Positions 10,150 to 21,232 of a DNA stretch of 64,000 nucleotides are shown here, piece after piece. Below the pieces are notes generated by a model. That model worked only from the letters and a program-made list of their open reading frames with translations, did no database searches and had not been told where the DNA came from. Within the stretch, counting starts at the first letter, position 1. Every line of letters begins with the position of its first letter. Origin of the DNA: Puniceicoccaceae bacterium (GTDB lineage: Bacteria > Verrucomicrobiota > Verrucomicrobiia > Opitutales > Oceanipulchritudinaceae); the NCBI GenBank assembly GCA_040830765.1, contig JBFOMH010000017.1:288001-352000 (forward strand), written 5' to 3'. The position numbers and the translations under genes are program-made.

Positions 10150-12411
10150 CTAGCGCTTGGTGGCCACCATGAAATCGATTTGGCGCTTGAAGCGGTCCAC
10201 GCGGGCCACGGAGACCTCTATGGTATCGCCGATTTCATAGCGGTTCCGGCGCTTGCGACCAACAATTCCGGTGTGTTCGGGATTCACCTTGTAGAGGTCG
10301 TCCCGGAGCGTGGAAATATGGACCAGGCCATAGGCCATGGAATCCACCAGCTCGACAAACATGCCATGGTTGCGGACGTCCATGATGACGGCCTTGAAGC
10401 GGGACTTGACTGGTTTATCAAGTTCCCTCTCGAAGAACTCGAGCAGTTTGATTTTCACGGATTCACGCTCGGCCTCAGTGCTGTTTTGTTCGGTCAGGGA
10501 GAGGTGCTGGGCGATACCGGCGAGGTCGCTAAAGGTATATTTCTTCTTGTGGTGCCGATGGCCGCCAGGAACGAGGTGGCGGGCAAAAATCCGATGCACG
10601 ACAAGGTCGGAATAGCGCCGGATGGGGGAGGTGAAGTGCGTGTAATGCTTCTTGGCGAGGCCGAAGTGTCCATCCGCGGAGGCCCGGTAGCAGGCCTGTT
10701 TGAGGCTCCGGAGGAAGCTGACCCGGAGATTGTGGGCCTGGGGATGGGTTTTCAGCTGTAGAAGGACGCGGTTCAGGTTGCGGCGAATGTTGAGGTCGCC
10801 CGGTTTAATCCCGAAGGTCTCGAGGTAATCGGCAAACTCATCCAGCTTGTCCGGATCAGGTTCATCATGAACGCGGTGGATTCCGGGCAGGTTACGGTCG
10901 TTGAATGAGCGGGCCACGGCTTCATTGGCCCCGAGCATGAACTCTTCAATCAACTGGTGGCTTTCATCCTGCTCAACCCGAACGATGGTCTCGGCGTAGC
11001 CTTCCTTGTCGACGTAGATCTTGGTTTCCGGCATATCCAGCTCGAGGCTGCCGGACCGCATCCGCGCCTTCCTCATTCTTGAAGCGATTTGCCAGAGTTG
11101 CCGCAGGACCTTGCTGATATGCTGCAGTTCCTTCTTCTGAAGGTCCTTCAGGCTTCGTCCGGTACTGCCTGTCTGGTGGGCCGGCGGATCGGGCCGGGCG
11201 GCAACTTCCATGACGTCATCCGTGAAGAGAAAGGCGTAGGCCTGCTCGTAGGTGAGCCGCTTGTTGCTCCGGATGACCGTGCTCGAGAAACGGCTTTTGA
11301 GGAGCTTGCCCTGCTTGTCATAGGTGAGGAAGACGGTCTTGGTCAGCCGGTCTTCATCCTCGACAAGACTGCAGAGGCCGTTCGAGAGCGGGTGGGGTAA
11401 CATCGGAATGACGGTTCCGACAAGATAGGTGGAATTGCCCCGCTTGCGTGCCTCGCGATCGAGACTGGTCCCCGGCCGGACGTAGTGGCTGACATCCGCG
11501 ATATGGACCCCGACGGTGATGTTGCCATTTTTTTCCGGATAGAGTGAGAGCGCATCATCGAAATCCTTGGCATCCTGGGGATCGATAGTCATCGTGTAGT
11601 CACCCCGCAGGTCCTCCCGGTCGCGGACATCCGCTTCCGGGACCTTGGCCGGAAGACGGCCGGTTTCCTTGAGGACGCCCTGTGGAAATTCGGGATTCAA
11701 ATCATACTGGTGCAGGAGCGCTTCATACTCCGCCATCGGGGTATGGGTCTTCCCAAGTACCTTGATAATCTCGCCTTCCGGATTGAGATGCCGCTGCTCC
11801 CAGGGAGTCAGTTGAACGATCACCTTGTCATCAATCCGTGGCTTGGGGGAAAGGGTGGACTGCCTCGGATCCGGTACAAGGATGTCTTGGATAATACGGG
11901 GGTCATCCGGAATGACATAATGGAACATGCGGCTGCGCTTGAGGGTACCGGTGAGGGTTTTATTGGCCCGTTCGAGGATGCGAATGACGCGCACGGTATC
12001 CAGTTGGTCGCCGCCCGGGCCACGGGTTTTGCGGGTCCTGTTGCGGAAGCGTCGCCTGTCGTGGTGGATGCGGCAGACGACCCGATCCCGGTGCATGGCG
12101 ACCCAGGTGTCTTCGGCATTGATGTGGTAGGGTGGCCGGGTGTCCGCACCTTCGACGTTATCCGGAATCAGGGTTGCCGATCCGCTCTGGCGGAAACGGA
12201 CAATGCCGGTTATCAGGTCGGCATCCCGTGGCAGGCAAACGCGGTTTTTCTTCAGTTTGACGAGCGTTCCCTGACGCAGGTGCTGGCCGACTTCCCGCTT
12301 GAAGGCAGTGAACGCCTTCTCGGGAATATCCATATGTTCGGCCAGTCGGTCGATGGAAAGGGGGATGTATTCGGGATCCTTCAGGACCTCCAGAATTTGC
12401 GGAAGATACAT
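10150..12411 (-). CDS. rnr: Ribonuclease R (RNB family)
   Basis: TIDPQDAKDFDDALS catalytic motif, YTHFTSPIRRYSDL, C-terminal S1 domain, N-terminal HTH/cold-shock region. Confidence 0.93.
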   Translation of the reverse strand: MYLPQILEVLKDPEYIPLSIDRLAEHMDIPEKAFTAFKREVGQHLRQGTLVKLKKNRVCLPRDADLITGIVRFRQSGSATLIPDNVEGADTRPPYHINAEDTWVAMHRDRVVCRIHHDRRRFRNRTRKTRGPGGDQLDTVRVIRILERANKTLTGTLKRSRMFHYVIPDDPRIIQDILVPDPRQSTLSPKPRIDDKVIVQLTPWEQRHLNPEGEIIKVLGKTHTPMAEYEALLHQYDLNPEFPQGVLKETGRLPAKVPEADVRDREDLRGDYTMTIDPQDAKDFDDALSLYPEKNGNITVGVHIADVSHYVRPGTSLDREARKRGNSTYLVGTVIPMLPHPLSNGLCSLVEDEDRLTKTVFLTYDKQGKLLKSRFSSTVIRSNKRLTYEQAYAFLFTDDVMEVAARPDPPAHQTGSTGRSLKDLQKKELQHISKVLRQLWQIASRMRKARMRSGSLELDMPETKIYVDKEGYAETIVRVEQDESHQLIEEFMLGANEAVARSFNDRNLPGIHRVHDEPDPDKLDEFADYLETFGIKPGDLNIRRNLNRVLLQLKTHPQAHNLRVSFLRSLKQACYRASADGHFGLAKKHYTHFTSPIRRYSDLVVHRIFARHLVPGGHRHHKKKYTFSDLAGIAQHLSLTEQNSTEAERESVKIKLLEFFERELDKPVKSRFKAVIMDVRNHGMFVELVDSMAYGLVHISTLRDDLYKVNPEHTGIVGRKRRNRYEIGDTIEVSVARVDRFKRQIDFMVATKR

Positions 12412-12419
12412 GGTGTGCG

Positions 12420-14099
12420 TTAAACTACTGGATCCGGGACAACTTGTCGAACCAGTGTTGTCAGGTAGGGGATTAGCTGCTTCTTCCGGCTGACCACTCC
12501 CTTGAGCTCGAAGATGTCATCGGCTGCCTGGTGGGGATAGGTGATGCTGTCGATAAGCAGGTCATCTCCCCGGATCAGGAGAAGCGAGTTTTGCGAGTTG
12601 ATGTCGGTTACGAGGAGTGCCGAGAAAAGCAACCCCTCCTTCTTGCGGACATCCTCCAGTGCCTGGTTCAAATTCTCGCAATGCTCCCAGAGGTTGTCGA
12701 AGCCGAGCTCCTCGACCTGGGAAACAGAAAAGCCGGCTGAACTTTCCCGGTAGATTTTCAAGTCTGAGCGAATGACATTTTCGGGGGTTTCGCTCTTGAT
12801 GACTGAGCCGGCATTGAAAATTTCCTCTGCCAGCTCAGCCGCTTTAATCCCCGCGATTTCGCTCAGCCACTCCAGCATCTCATGATCCATTGGAGTGGTT
12901 GTCGGACCCTTGAGGTGAAGAGTGTCCGAAATGATGCCGCCCATGAGGACACCGGCAGTGGCCGGATCCGGCTCCCGCCGGTCCTTGTGGAAAAGGCTGG
13001 CCACGATTGTCGAAGTCGATCCCACGGGCAGGTTGATGAAGGCGATTGGTTGTTGGGTCGGTGGATTGCCAAGCCGGTGATGGTCCACTATTTCGAGGAT
13101 GTTGACCTGCTCCGCTCCGGGGATGGCCTGGCTCAATTCATTGTGATCGACGAGGATGAGGTTGGTACGAACCGGTTTGATCAGGTCGGTCTTGGTGAAA
13201 ATGCCGAGAAGTTTGCCCGTATCATCCACGACCATGTAGGCCGCTGCCGGTGAGGAAACCAGCTTGCGGCGGACAAGGCTCAATTTGTCATCCGGTCCGA
13301 ACTCCAGGGTGCGGCTGGTGGCCATTTCCCCGACCTGGCCGGCACTCCGGATGATCCAAGAGGTTGTCGCTGAATCATGAGGGCTGATGACGATGCTGAC
13401 ATCCCTTTCCCGGGCCAGTTCGATGACGTCCGGTTCAACCGGCAGTCCGCCACTGATAACCAGCATGCGAACGCCTGATTGGATTGACTTCTGTTGGATG
13501 TCGTACCGGTCACCAACGATGATGATGCTGGATTGGGCGATTTCCTCATCCTTGTAATAGCTGCCGAAGGAGCGGATGTCCATGGCGCCAATGCGGACAA
13601 AAAGGTTTTCCAGGCGATCGGGGTCGGAAAGGTGGATGACTTCCGCCCCCAATGCCTTGACGATGTTGTTGGCGGTCGTATGGACCCGCCGCATCTGGCG
13701 CTCATCCCGAGGTTTTGGGATAAAGTACTCCCCGAGATCGAAAATGGACAGGCTGCCGCAGAGGTTGTCTGCCGCATCCACGATCGGTAGCACCCGGACA
13801 TCATTGCGGTCCATCAACTCCAGGGCCTCCATACAGATCGAATCCGGCCGCGTCTTGATCACATCCTTGACCATGATATCCCGGACTCGCGGGGTTACAT
13901 CACCGAGAAATTGCGGGAGCGGAACATTGAACTTCGAAAGGATTGTGTCGATACGGGCATTGGAGTTGCCGCATCGGGCGGGGAGACACTTCGGCCCCTC
14001 CTTGCCATTCTTGTATGCGGCATAGCCGATGGCCGAGCAGATCGCATCGGCATCCGGATTCCTGTGTCCAATTACGTAGATGACTTCCTTTTCCTTCAT
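12420..14099 (-). CDS. ppaC: Mn-dependent family II inorganic pyrophosphatase with CBS-DRTGG-CBS insert
   Basis: GHRNPDADAICSA, VDHNE, DHH, IISDT, GVVSRKKQ; central CBS pair around a VGDR (DRTGG) region. Start taken at ATG 14099. Confidence 0.9.
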   Translation of the reverse strand: MKEKEVIYVIGHRNPDADAICSAIGYAAYKNGKEGPKCLPARCGNSNARIDTILSKFNVPLPQFLGDVTPRVRDIMVKDVIKTRPDSICMEALELMDRNDVRVLPIVDAADNLCGSLSIFDLGEYFIPKPRDERQMRRVHTTANNIVKALGAEVIHLSDPDRLENLFVRIGAMDIRSFGSYYKDEEIAQSSIIIVGDRYDIQQKSIQSGVRMLVISGGLPVEPDVIELARERDVSIVISPHDSATTSWIIRSAGQVGEMATSRTLEFGPDDKLSLVRRKLVSSPAAAYMVVDDTGKLLGIFTKTDLIKPVRTNLILVDHNELSQAIPGAEQVNILEIVDHHRLGNPPTQQPIAFINLPVGSTSTIVASLFHKDRREPDPATAGVLMGGIISDTLHLKGPTTTPMDHEMLEWLSEIAGIKAAELAEEIFNAGSVIKSETPENVIRSDLKIYRESSAGFSVSQVEELGFDNLWEHCENLNQALEDVRKKEGLLFSALLVTDINSQNSLLLIRGDDLLIDSITYPHQAADDIFELKGVVSRKKQLIPYLTTLVRQVVPDPVV

Positions 14100-14196
14100 G
14101 ATAACCCGGGATGCGCCTTGCATCCCCCACCTTCTATTCCATTGTTAATTCGCGGAGGGAAGCATTATTGTCAGTGGAAGTCTATTTCATTCCATC

Positions 14197-14676
14197 ATGA
14201 AACAACTGATTCTTGTCGATGCCTGCAATGTCCTGCACGCCACCGCTCCCTACAAGGAGCGCTTGAGTGAAGGCATGGACCAGCTGGGAGAGGAACTCCT
14301 TGAACGTCTGCGCCCCCTGCACGATATCGACCAATGGGAACTCCACCTTGTCATCGATGGAAAAGGCAGCCGCCTTGAGCAGCAGTTTATTGACCGGACC
14401 CGGACCCTTTCCCTGGTCTTCTCCCCGTCTGGTCAGCAGGCGGATACGATCATTGAGGCCTGGTTGATCCGTCTGGGACCGGATTGGCGGATAAAAGTCG
14501 TGACCAATGACCGTGCCATTACCCACACAGCTCTCGCCCAAGGTGCGGAACCGCTTCGGCCCATGGACACATTGCAATGGGCCGACGAGGTGCGTTCGCG
14601 GGCCACCCGGGACCACAAGAATCAGGTAAATAAACCCGGTACGGAGTTCGGCAACAGGCTTGAAGGATTATTATAG
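14197..14676 (+). CDS. NYN domain protein (YacP/Rae1-like endoribonuclease)
   Basis: LILVDACNV, LVIDG, ADTIIE and VVTNDRAI acidic motifs of the NYN_YacP family. Confidence 0.8.
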   Translation: MKQLILVDACNVLHATAPYKERLSEGMDQLGEELLERLRPLHDIDQWELHLVIDGKGSRLEQQFIDRTRTLSLVFSPSGQQADTIIEAWLIRLGPDWRIKVVTNDRAITHTALAQGAEPLRPMDTLQWADEVRSRATRDHKNQVNKPGTEFGNRLEGLL

Positions 14677-14694
14677 GACCGTTAGGTTTGGGGA

Positions 14695-15942
14695 ATGATA
14701 CGCACGCCCCACGCTACCCGGTTGGCGGAGCTCCAGGGTCCTTACGGTCCCCTGCAGGTCCTTGAGATGAAAGTTCAGCAGGTCTGGGCATTGCAGCAAT
14801 TTCAAACGGGCTGCTGGATGACCCAAGGCGGACACAACCTGAGCATCCGTTCACCTGGGGTTTGGAACCGCGGTTCCGGACCGGACTTCCAGGATGCAGT
14901 ACTGGAGCTGGATGGGGAGGTCAGGATTGGTGATGTGGAGATTCACCTCTACCGGGAGGACTGGTGGCGCCATGGTCATGCCTCGGATCCGGCGTATAAC
15001 AAGGTTATTCTGCATGTTGTCCTGTTTGCGGGAGGCATGGGGCACCGCTTGCGGACGGAATCTGGCAATCAGCCGGAGGAATGGGTGATGGGACCTTGGA
15101 TGCGCGAGGATGTAGAGTCGGTCAGTGGAGGTGAGCCCGGGTTGTTTGGGGAGCGGATACCCGAGATACGGGAGTGGATTGAGTCGGATACCGCGGAGAT
15201 TCTCGTCGAGAAGCTTCGATTAGGAGCGGACCGCCGATGGCAGGACAAGGAGGCCATGGCAAGGTGTCTTGTAGAAGCTGAGGGGTGGAACGGAGGCCTG
15301 CACAGGATGGTCCTTTATTACCTCGGGTTTCCGGCCAATCGAAGGTCCTTCTATGCTATAGCAGAGAGATTTCCGCAGGATTGCTGGCGGGATGAGGGAA
15401 TCCTGGCGGAGATAAGACAAGAATGGGCGGACAAGATTCAATGGGGAGTCGGTCGTCCGGCTAACCGGGCCCTGCCGCGGTTGGAACAATATCAAATGCT
15501 GAACGCTAACCAGCCATTCTGGATGGAGAATTTGAGAAAGCCGCCCAAGGAGCTGATTGAGCCACTGCAGGCGATTCTTGATCCTGCTGGAGTGGTTATG
15601 GAGACGGGTAAGGTCAGGCGTCTGGCCCGCTTCAGCCAGTGGCAATCCTGGCTTCATGGAACCGTTTGTGGAGGAGCCTTGGGAATCGGGTTGCTGAGGA
15701 GACTCTGGGTGGACGTGTTCCTTCCCATGATGGTGGTCGATCAGGTTCTCACAGCGGAGGAGGCGGCAGCTCTCTGGTTCCATGCTCATCCGGGCCAGTA
15801 TCCGGCGTCCTACAACCCGTTGCTTTTATTGGTTGGAGCGCGTCAGGCCTGTTGCCATATTCGCTCAAATGGCTGGATCCAGGGATTGTTCTGGATAGAG
15901 GACCAATTACGGCTGGAACGGGTTCGGACAGCAAGCAAGTGA
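14695..15942 (+). CDS. DUF2851 family protein
   Basis: PG-x-WN-x-x-x-GPDF, GDVEIH, DW-x-x-HGH-x-x-DPAYN-x-VILHVV, RPAN and SNGWIQG motifs. Confidence 0.8.
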   Translation: MIRTPHATRLAELQGPYGPLQVLEMKVQQVWALQQFQTGCWMTQGGHNLSIRSPGVWNRGSGPDFQDAVLELDGEVRIGDVEIHLYREDWWRHGHASDPAYNKVILHVVLFAGGMGHRLRTESGNQPEEWVMGPWMREDVESVSGGEPGLFGERIPEIREWIESDTAEILVEKLRLGADRRWQDKEAMARCLVEAEGWNGGLHRMVLYYLGFPANRRSFYAIAERFPQDCWRDEGILAEIRQEWADKIQWGVGRPANRALPRLEQYQMLNANQPFWMENLRKPPKELIEPLQAILDPAGVVMETGKVRRLARFSQWQSWLHGTVCGGALGIGLLRRLWVDVFLPMMVVDQVLTAEEAAALWFHAHPGQYPASYNPLLLLVGARQACCHIRSNGWIQGLFWIEDQLRLERVRTASK

Positions 15943-15968
15943 GCGCCCCTGCCTGGCCGAAGCGGTGC

Positions 15969-15997
15969 TTGACAAGGCCGTTGCGCGGAACCACATT
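15969..15997 (+). promoter_or_regulatory. Probable sigma70 promoter of the nusA operon
   Basis: Consensus TTGACA (15969-15974), 17-bp spacer, weak -10 CACATT (15992-15997). Confidence 0.55.
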
Positions 15998-16022
15998 CTT
16001 TCTTTTATTCTTCTTAGACAGG

Positions 16023-16050
16023 AAGAGTGGGCCAAGGCCCGCTCTTTTTT
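16023..16050 (+). promoter_or_regulatory. rimP-leader-like attenuator hairpin ahead of nusA
   Basis: AAGAGTGGGC-CAAG-GCCCGCTCTT 10-bp stem (one G-U pair) running into a T tract, between the promoter and the nusA ATG; GGGC/GCCC core as in the rimP leader. Confidence 0.7.
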
Positions 16051-16083
16051 GTCTTATAAACTATCGAATCGACGCCACATACA

Positions 16084-17349
16084 ATGAGCCAGGAAATTTT
16101 ATCCGTCCTTGAATACATGGAGAAGGAGAAGGGGATTCCGCGGGAAGACATGATTTCCGCGATCGCCAACGCAATCCGCAGTGCGGCCTCCAAGGGGGTT
16201 AACGCGGGTCAGGAATTGCGCATCGAAATCAATCCCAAAAACGGGGCCTTGCAAGCATGGTCAATTTTGGAAGTGGTTGATTCCGTGGGAGATCCGAGAA
16301 CCCAGATTCATATCGAAAAGGCCCGGCAGCTCAACCCGGAAGCGGCTGTTGGGTTGTTTATCGAGAAGGAAGTCGACCCTGAGAAACTGGGTCGTATTGC
16401 CGCCCAGACAGCCCGCCAGACCATCATGCAGCGACTGCGGCAGTTCGAGAAGGAGCGGATTTATGACGAATACAAGGACAACGTCGGTGATATCGTTACC
16501 GGGGTGGTGCGGCGTCGTGAACGCGGGGACCTGATCGTGGACCTTGGCAAGGCGGAAGCTATCCTGCCACCGCGGGAGCGGGTTCCCGGAGAGGATTACT
16601 CGCCTGGCGAGCGCATGCGTTGCCTCCTGTCGGAAATCGAGCCGACGAACCGTGGACCGGAACTGATTCTTTCCCGGGCCAGTGTGAAGTTTGTCCGCCG
16701 CCTGTTCGAACTGGAAGTAGCGGAAATCCAGGACGGGACGGTTGTTATCGAGGCCATCGCCCGCGAGCCCGGATACCGCACGAAGATCGCTGTCAGCAGC
16801 AAGGACCCGAAGGTTGACCCGGTAGGTGCTTGTGTCGGTGCGCGGGGTGCACGGGTGAAGAGTATCGTCCGCGAGCTGGGCGGTGAGAAAATCGATATCG
16901 TCAAATTCAGTGATGATCCGCTGGAATTACTCCACGAGGCCATCAAGCCCGCAGTTCCCTTGAATATCAAGGTGGATGAAGAAAACAAACGGATCTATTT
17001 CGAAGTCAGTGAGGAAAACCTGAGCATCGCTATCGGGCGCCGGGGCCAGAATGCACGGCTGACGTCCCGTCTGCTGGGGTGGAAGCTCGACATCGCCAAG
17101 GAGCAAGTATCCGAGGTTGGCTTTGATGAACGTCTTCGGGAAGCGATCAAGGGTTGGGAAGGGGTCCAGGGAATCTCTGATGAACTGGCGGCCTTCCTTG
17201 TCCAGCACGGTCTTGTCAGCCCCGAGGCATTTGAAGGGGTGGAAGCCAAGGACCTGGTCAAGCTTGGTTTTACCGAGACCGATGCAGAGCAGGTTGTCAA
17301 ACTGGTGCAGGCCCACCGGACAGCCAACGGAGCAGACGCTGCTTCCTGA
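16084..17349 (+). CDS. nusA: Transcription termination/antitermination factor NusA
   Basis: [11 protein letters not shown]1 domain, [39 protein letters not shown] motifs. Confidence 0.97.
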   Translation: MSQEILSVLEYMEKEKGIPREDMISAIANAIRSAASKGVNAGQELRIEINPKNGALQAWSILEVVDSVGDPRTQIHIEKARQLNPEAAVGLFIEKEVDPEKLGRIAAQTARQTIMQRLRQFEKERIYDEYKDNVGDIVTGVVRRRERGDLIVDLGKAEAILPPRERVPGEDYSPGERMRCLLSEIEPTNRGPELILSRASVKFVRRLFELEVAEIQDGTVVIEAIAREPGYRTKIAVSSKDPKVDPVGACVGARGARVKSIVRELGGEKIDIVKFSDDPLELLHEAIKPAVPLNIKVDEENKRIYFEVSEENLSIAIGRRGQNARLTSRLLGWKLDIAKEQVSEVGFDERLREAIKGWEGVQGISDELAAFLVQHGLVSPEAFEGVEAKDLVKLGFTETDAEQVVKLVQAHRTANGADAAS

Positions 17350-17410
17350 GCAGATGGCATAAAGGGAACATATTGCGCAAATCAGGTATTTCAGTTAGAG
17401 GTAAGGTTTT

Positions 17411-19840
17411 ATGAGTGTTCGGATCTATCAGTTATCCAAGGAAATCGGGATGGACAACGCCGAGTTGATTGCGTTGCTCACGGAACGCGGGTACGAGGTG
17501 AAGAGCGCTTCCAGTACCGTCGACAACATATCCGCAGAAAGTCTCCGCGAGGAATTCGGGCCCAAGCCTGAAGAGGAAAAGCCGGAGGAGGAAGCTCCCG
17601 CTCCAGAACCAGAAAAGAAACCTGTTATGCCGACCGGGGCAATTGTCCGTTCAAAGGAAGATATTGAACGGGAGCGCCGTGAAATTGAGGAAGAGGAACA
17701 AAAGAAGCGCGACGAAGCCGCGGCTCAACTGCGTCCTCCGCCGGTCAGTCCAGGCAAGGCTCCCCCTCCGCTGCCGACCAAGCCGGTCATCCAGCGCCGT
17801 CCCTCGCCCCTGACCCCGGCAACCCCGGGTCAGCCTGGCTCGACGCCGCCGCGGCCGATTGTCCGGTCCGACCTGCCCAAGGAAACCCCCGAGGAGAAGC
17901 AAGCGGATAAATCTGATGAGAAGCCGGCTCCAACGGGCCCGCCGCCCATCAAGCCACCCATTTTAAGAGGCCCCAGCCCAATCGCCCCTCCCCAAGTCAC
18001 TTCTCCAAAACCTGAGGAACCGACAGAGGAGGAATCGGAAGAAGCAGCCGAGGCAGCCCCTTCCGCCGAATTGAAACCTCTGCAAGTCCGCTCGCCAATT
18101 GTGGTCAGGGATTTCGCCCTGCAAATTGGCCGCAAGCCATTTCAGCTGATTTCCGAACTCATGGAAATGAGCATCTTCGCCTCCATGAACTCGTCCATCG
18201 AGGAGGATGTGGCCAGCCGTCTTGCCGAAACCCATGGTTTTGCCCTGGAAGTGCGTCACCGCGGCGAAGGTACCCAGCCGGAGGCCGCCAAGGAGGAAAA
18301 GCCGGAAAAGCCGAAGAGCGAACTTGTCGAGCGTCCCCCTGTTGTCTGTATCCTCGGTCACGTCGACCACGGGAAAACGACTTTGCTGGACACCATCCGC
18401 AAGGCCAATGTGGTTTCGACCGAAGCGGGTGGCATTACCCAGCACATTGGTGCTTACCAGATCTCCCACAACGACAAGTTAATCACTTTCATTGACACAC
18501 CGGGTCACGCTGCCTTCAGCAACATGCGAGCCCGCGGTGCACGGACGACCGATATTGCCATCCTGGTTGTTGCTGCGGATGACGGTTTCATGCCGCAAAC
18601 CGACGAAGCGCTGGGTCATGCCCGTGTATCCAAGGTACCGATTGTCGTGGCAATCAACAAAATGGATGCTCCCGGAGCCAATGTGGACCGGGTGATGCGG
18701 CAGATGCAGGAGCGTGAACTGGCCCCTGAAGAATGGGGTGGGGAAACACTATGCGCCAAGGTTTCCGCCCTCAAGGGGGAGGGGATCGAGGACTTGCTGG
18801 AGGCCATCATTTTGCAGGCTGAGGTAACCGAGACGATTGTCGCCGATCCCCGCGCCAAGGTGGAAGGTGTCATCCTGGAAGCCCAGAAAGAACTGGGACG
18901 CGGTTCCACTGCTTCGGTCATTGTCCAGCAGGGAACCCTCAAGCCGGGAACGGCCATTGTCTGCGGGGAACATTACTGCCGCGTCCGTCAATTGATCGAC
19001 GACCAGGGCAAACAGGTGAAGCAGGCCGGTCCTTCAATGCCGGTCAAGGTTGTGGGCTGGTCTTCGCCGCCAGACGCCGGTGACGTTTTCAAGGCGGTCA
19101 AGAACGAGCGCGAAGCCAAGAAGCAGGCAGAAGCCAACGAGCTCGCCCGACGGAAACTGGAAGCTGCCGACAAGCAGGAATCCGGGGCATCCGTTGAGGA
19201 CCTTTTTGCCGCCATTGAAAAGACGCAGAAGAAGACCTTCTCCGTCCTGGTCAAGGCGGACGTTTATGGAACGGCCGAAGCCTTGGCAACCAGCCTGCAG
19301 GCGATCAAGAGCGACAAGATTGATCTTGAGGTCGTTGACATGGGGGTTGGAGACATCACCCGCAACGACATCATCATGGCCAGTGCGGCGCAGTCCAGTA
19401 TAGTCGGATTCAGCGTCGGGATTGAGAATGGGGTCAATAGCCTGGCCAAGCACCACAGCATCCAGCTGTTCCAGCACAATATCATCTATGAGTTGATTGA
19501 CCAGGTGAAGGATGCAATGGCCGATATGCTCGAGCCAGAGTTGCGGGAAAACAAGATCGGGGCCGCGGAAGTGCGCCAGGTCTTCCCATTGGGCAAGGGT
19601 CAGGTTGCCGGTTGCATGGTCACCGAGGGCCGTATTCAGCGCGATGCCCTGGCCCGCCTGATGCGCAATGGCGAAATGGTCCACGAGTCACGCATTTCCA
19701 CCTTGAAACGCTTCAAGGAAGACGCCACCGAGGTCCGTGCGGGATACGAGTGTGGTGTCCAGCTTGATGGCTACAATGCCTATCAGGAAAAGGATAGTAT
19801 CGAGGTATTCGAAATACTGAAAATCAAACCGTCACTCTAA
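17411..19840 (+). CDS. infB: Translation initiation factor IF-2
   Basis: [52 protein letters not shown]. Confidence 0.97.
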   Translation: MSVRIYQLSKEIGMDNAELIALLTERGYEVKSASSTVDNISAESLREEFGPKPEEEKPEEEAPAPEPEKKPVMPTGAIVRSKEDIERERREIEEEEQKKRDEAAAQLRPPPVSPGKAPPPLPTKPVIQRRPSPLTPATPGQPGSTPPRPIVRSDLPKETPEEKQADKSDEKPAPTGPPPIKPPILRGPSPIAPPQVTSPKPEEPTEEESEEAAEAAPSAELKPLQVRSPIVVRDFALQIGRKPFQLISELMEMSIFASMNSSIEEDVASRLAETHGFALEVRHRGEGTQPEAAKEEKPEKPKSELVERPPVVCILGHVDHGKTTLLDTIRKANVVSTEAGGITQHIGAYQISHNDKLITFIDTPGHAAFSNMRARGARTTDIAILVVAADDGFMPQTDEALGHARVSKVPIVVAINKMDAPGANVDRVMRQMQERELAPEEWGGETLCAKVSALKGEGIEDLLEAIILQAEVTETIVADPRAKVEGVILEAQKELGRGSTASVIVQQGTLKPGTAIVCGEHYCRVRQLIDDQGKQVKQAGPSMPVKVVGWSSPPDAGDVFKAVKNEREAKKQAEANELARRKLEAADKQESGASVEDLFAAIEKTQKKTFSVLVKADVYGTAEALATSLQAIKSDKIDLEVVDMGVGDITRNDIIMASAAQSSIVGFSVGIENGVNSLAKHHSIQLFQHNIIYELIDQVKDAMADMLEPELRENKIGAAEVRQVFPLGKGQVAGCMVTEGRIQRDALARLMRNGEMVHESRISTLKRFKEDATEVRAGYECGVQLDGYNAYQEKDSIEVFEILKIKPSL

Positions 19841-19846
19841 AGCCGA

Positions 19847-20221
19847 ATGGGTCAACGCGTTGTTCGAGTCAACGAGCTGGTCAAGCGCGAGATCAGTCAT
19901 GTCCTGCATACCCGCCATCGGGCGGAGTCTGTCCACATCTCCATCCTCGGGGTTGATGTTTCTCCGAACCTGCGTTCGGCAAAGGTCTTCTATTCGACCC
20001 ATGGGGATGTTAACCAGCGTCAGGCCGCAGAACGCTTCTTCAGGCGGCATCATGAATCCATCCGCAGGGAGATGGGCAAGGCGGTGACACTGAAGTATCT
20101 TCCGCATCTTGAATTTGTTTATGACAAGGGGGCCGATTATGGGGAACGGCTCAATGAATTGCTCGACAGTCTCGGACTTGAAGGAGAAACCCTGCCCGAT
20201 GACTTCGAAAATGAAACCTAA
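19847..20221 (+). CDS. rbfA: Ribosome-binding factor A
   Basis: R-x-x-RVNELVKREIS, VSPNLRSAKVF, LKYLPHLEFVYD; conserved position after infB. Confidence 0.92.
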   Translation: MGQRVVRVNELVKREISHVLHTRHRAESVHISILGVDVSPNLRSAKVFYSTHGDVNQRQAAERFFRRHHESIRREMGKAVTLKYLPHLEFVYDKGADYGERLNELLDSLGLEGETLPDDFENET

Positions 20222-20230
20222 ACAGTTTTT

Positions 20231-21232
20231 ATGATGGAAAAGTACTTTCCGAACCATTCCAGTGAATTCCTGGCGGCCCTCGAGGGTATCCGGGGCAAAC
20301 CGGTGGCTATCATGGGCCATGTCCGTCCGGACGGGGACTGCATTGGTTCCCAGGTCGGGCTTGCCCGTTGCATGCGTGAGATGGGATTCGACGTCGTTTG
20401 TTACAACGAGCATCGGGTACCGCAGAATTGCGTTCCCTTCGTCGGGGACACGCCATTCTTCATGGCCGGTGAAGGCGTTGATGCCAACCGGGTGGCCATT
20501 ACGGTGGACTGTGCCGACCGCAAACGGCTGGGACAAACCCTTCAGGAGGCCTACCCGGAAGTTTACCTTAATATTGACCACCACATCTCCAATACGCTTT
20601 ACGGCGAGCACAACATCATCGATGGCCACTCTTCGGCCACCGGTGAAATTCTCGGAGGGATGATGCTCGACAACGACATGCCGATGGATGCAGCTGCTGC
20701 CCAGGCCCTGTATGTCGGTATTGCCACTGACACCGGCCAGTTCCGGTTTGCTTCCACCACTCGCGACACCTTCGAGATCTGCTGTCACCTGATGGAAAAA
20801 GGCGCGGATCCGGCCAGTGCGGCGATGGAGCTGTACGAACGTGAAAGCCCGGCCAAGCTGGCGCTGCTGCAGCGCTTTCTGGCCAGCTTCCAGTATGTCT
20901 GCGACAAGCGGGCCTGCATCGGAATTATCGACGATGAAGCCTGGGAGGCAACGGGGGCCTGCAAGGAGGACACGGAGGGGCTTGTGGATTATGCCCGCTC
21001 GATCGAAGGGGTTGAAATTGGAATCCTTCTCGAGGAACGGGACGGAATGCTCAAGGGCAGCTTCCGGGCCAAGGACAAGATACACCGGGTGGACTTGCTG
21101 GCCCGCCAGTTCAACGGCGGCGGGCATGCCTGTGCTGCCGGGTTTAATCCCGAAAGTACGCTCAAGGAATTCTATCCCCGGCTGGTCAAAGCCCTTGAAG
21201 AACACTTTCACTCAATGAACGGAGAATCCTGA
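20231..21232 (+). CDS. nrnA: DHH/DHHA1 phosphoesterase (NrnA-type oligoribonuclease/pAp phosphatase)
   Basis: [31 protein letters not shown]. Confidence 0.88.
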   Translation: MMEKYFPNHSSEFLAALEGIRGKPVAIMGHVRPDGDCIGSQVGLARCMREMGFDVVCYNEHRVPQNCVPFVGDTPFFMAGEGVDANRVAITVDCADRKRLGQTLQEAYPEVYLNIDHHISNTLYGEHNIIDGHSSATGEILGGMMLDNDMPMDAAAAQALYVGIATDTGQFRFASTTRDTFEICCHLMEKGADPASAAMELYERESPAKLALLQRFLASFQYVCDKRACIGIIDDEAWEATGACKEDTEGLVDYARSIEGVEIGILLEERDGMLKGSFRAKDKIHRVDLLARQFNGGGHACAAGFNPESTLKEFYPRLVKALEEHFHSMNGES

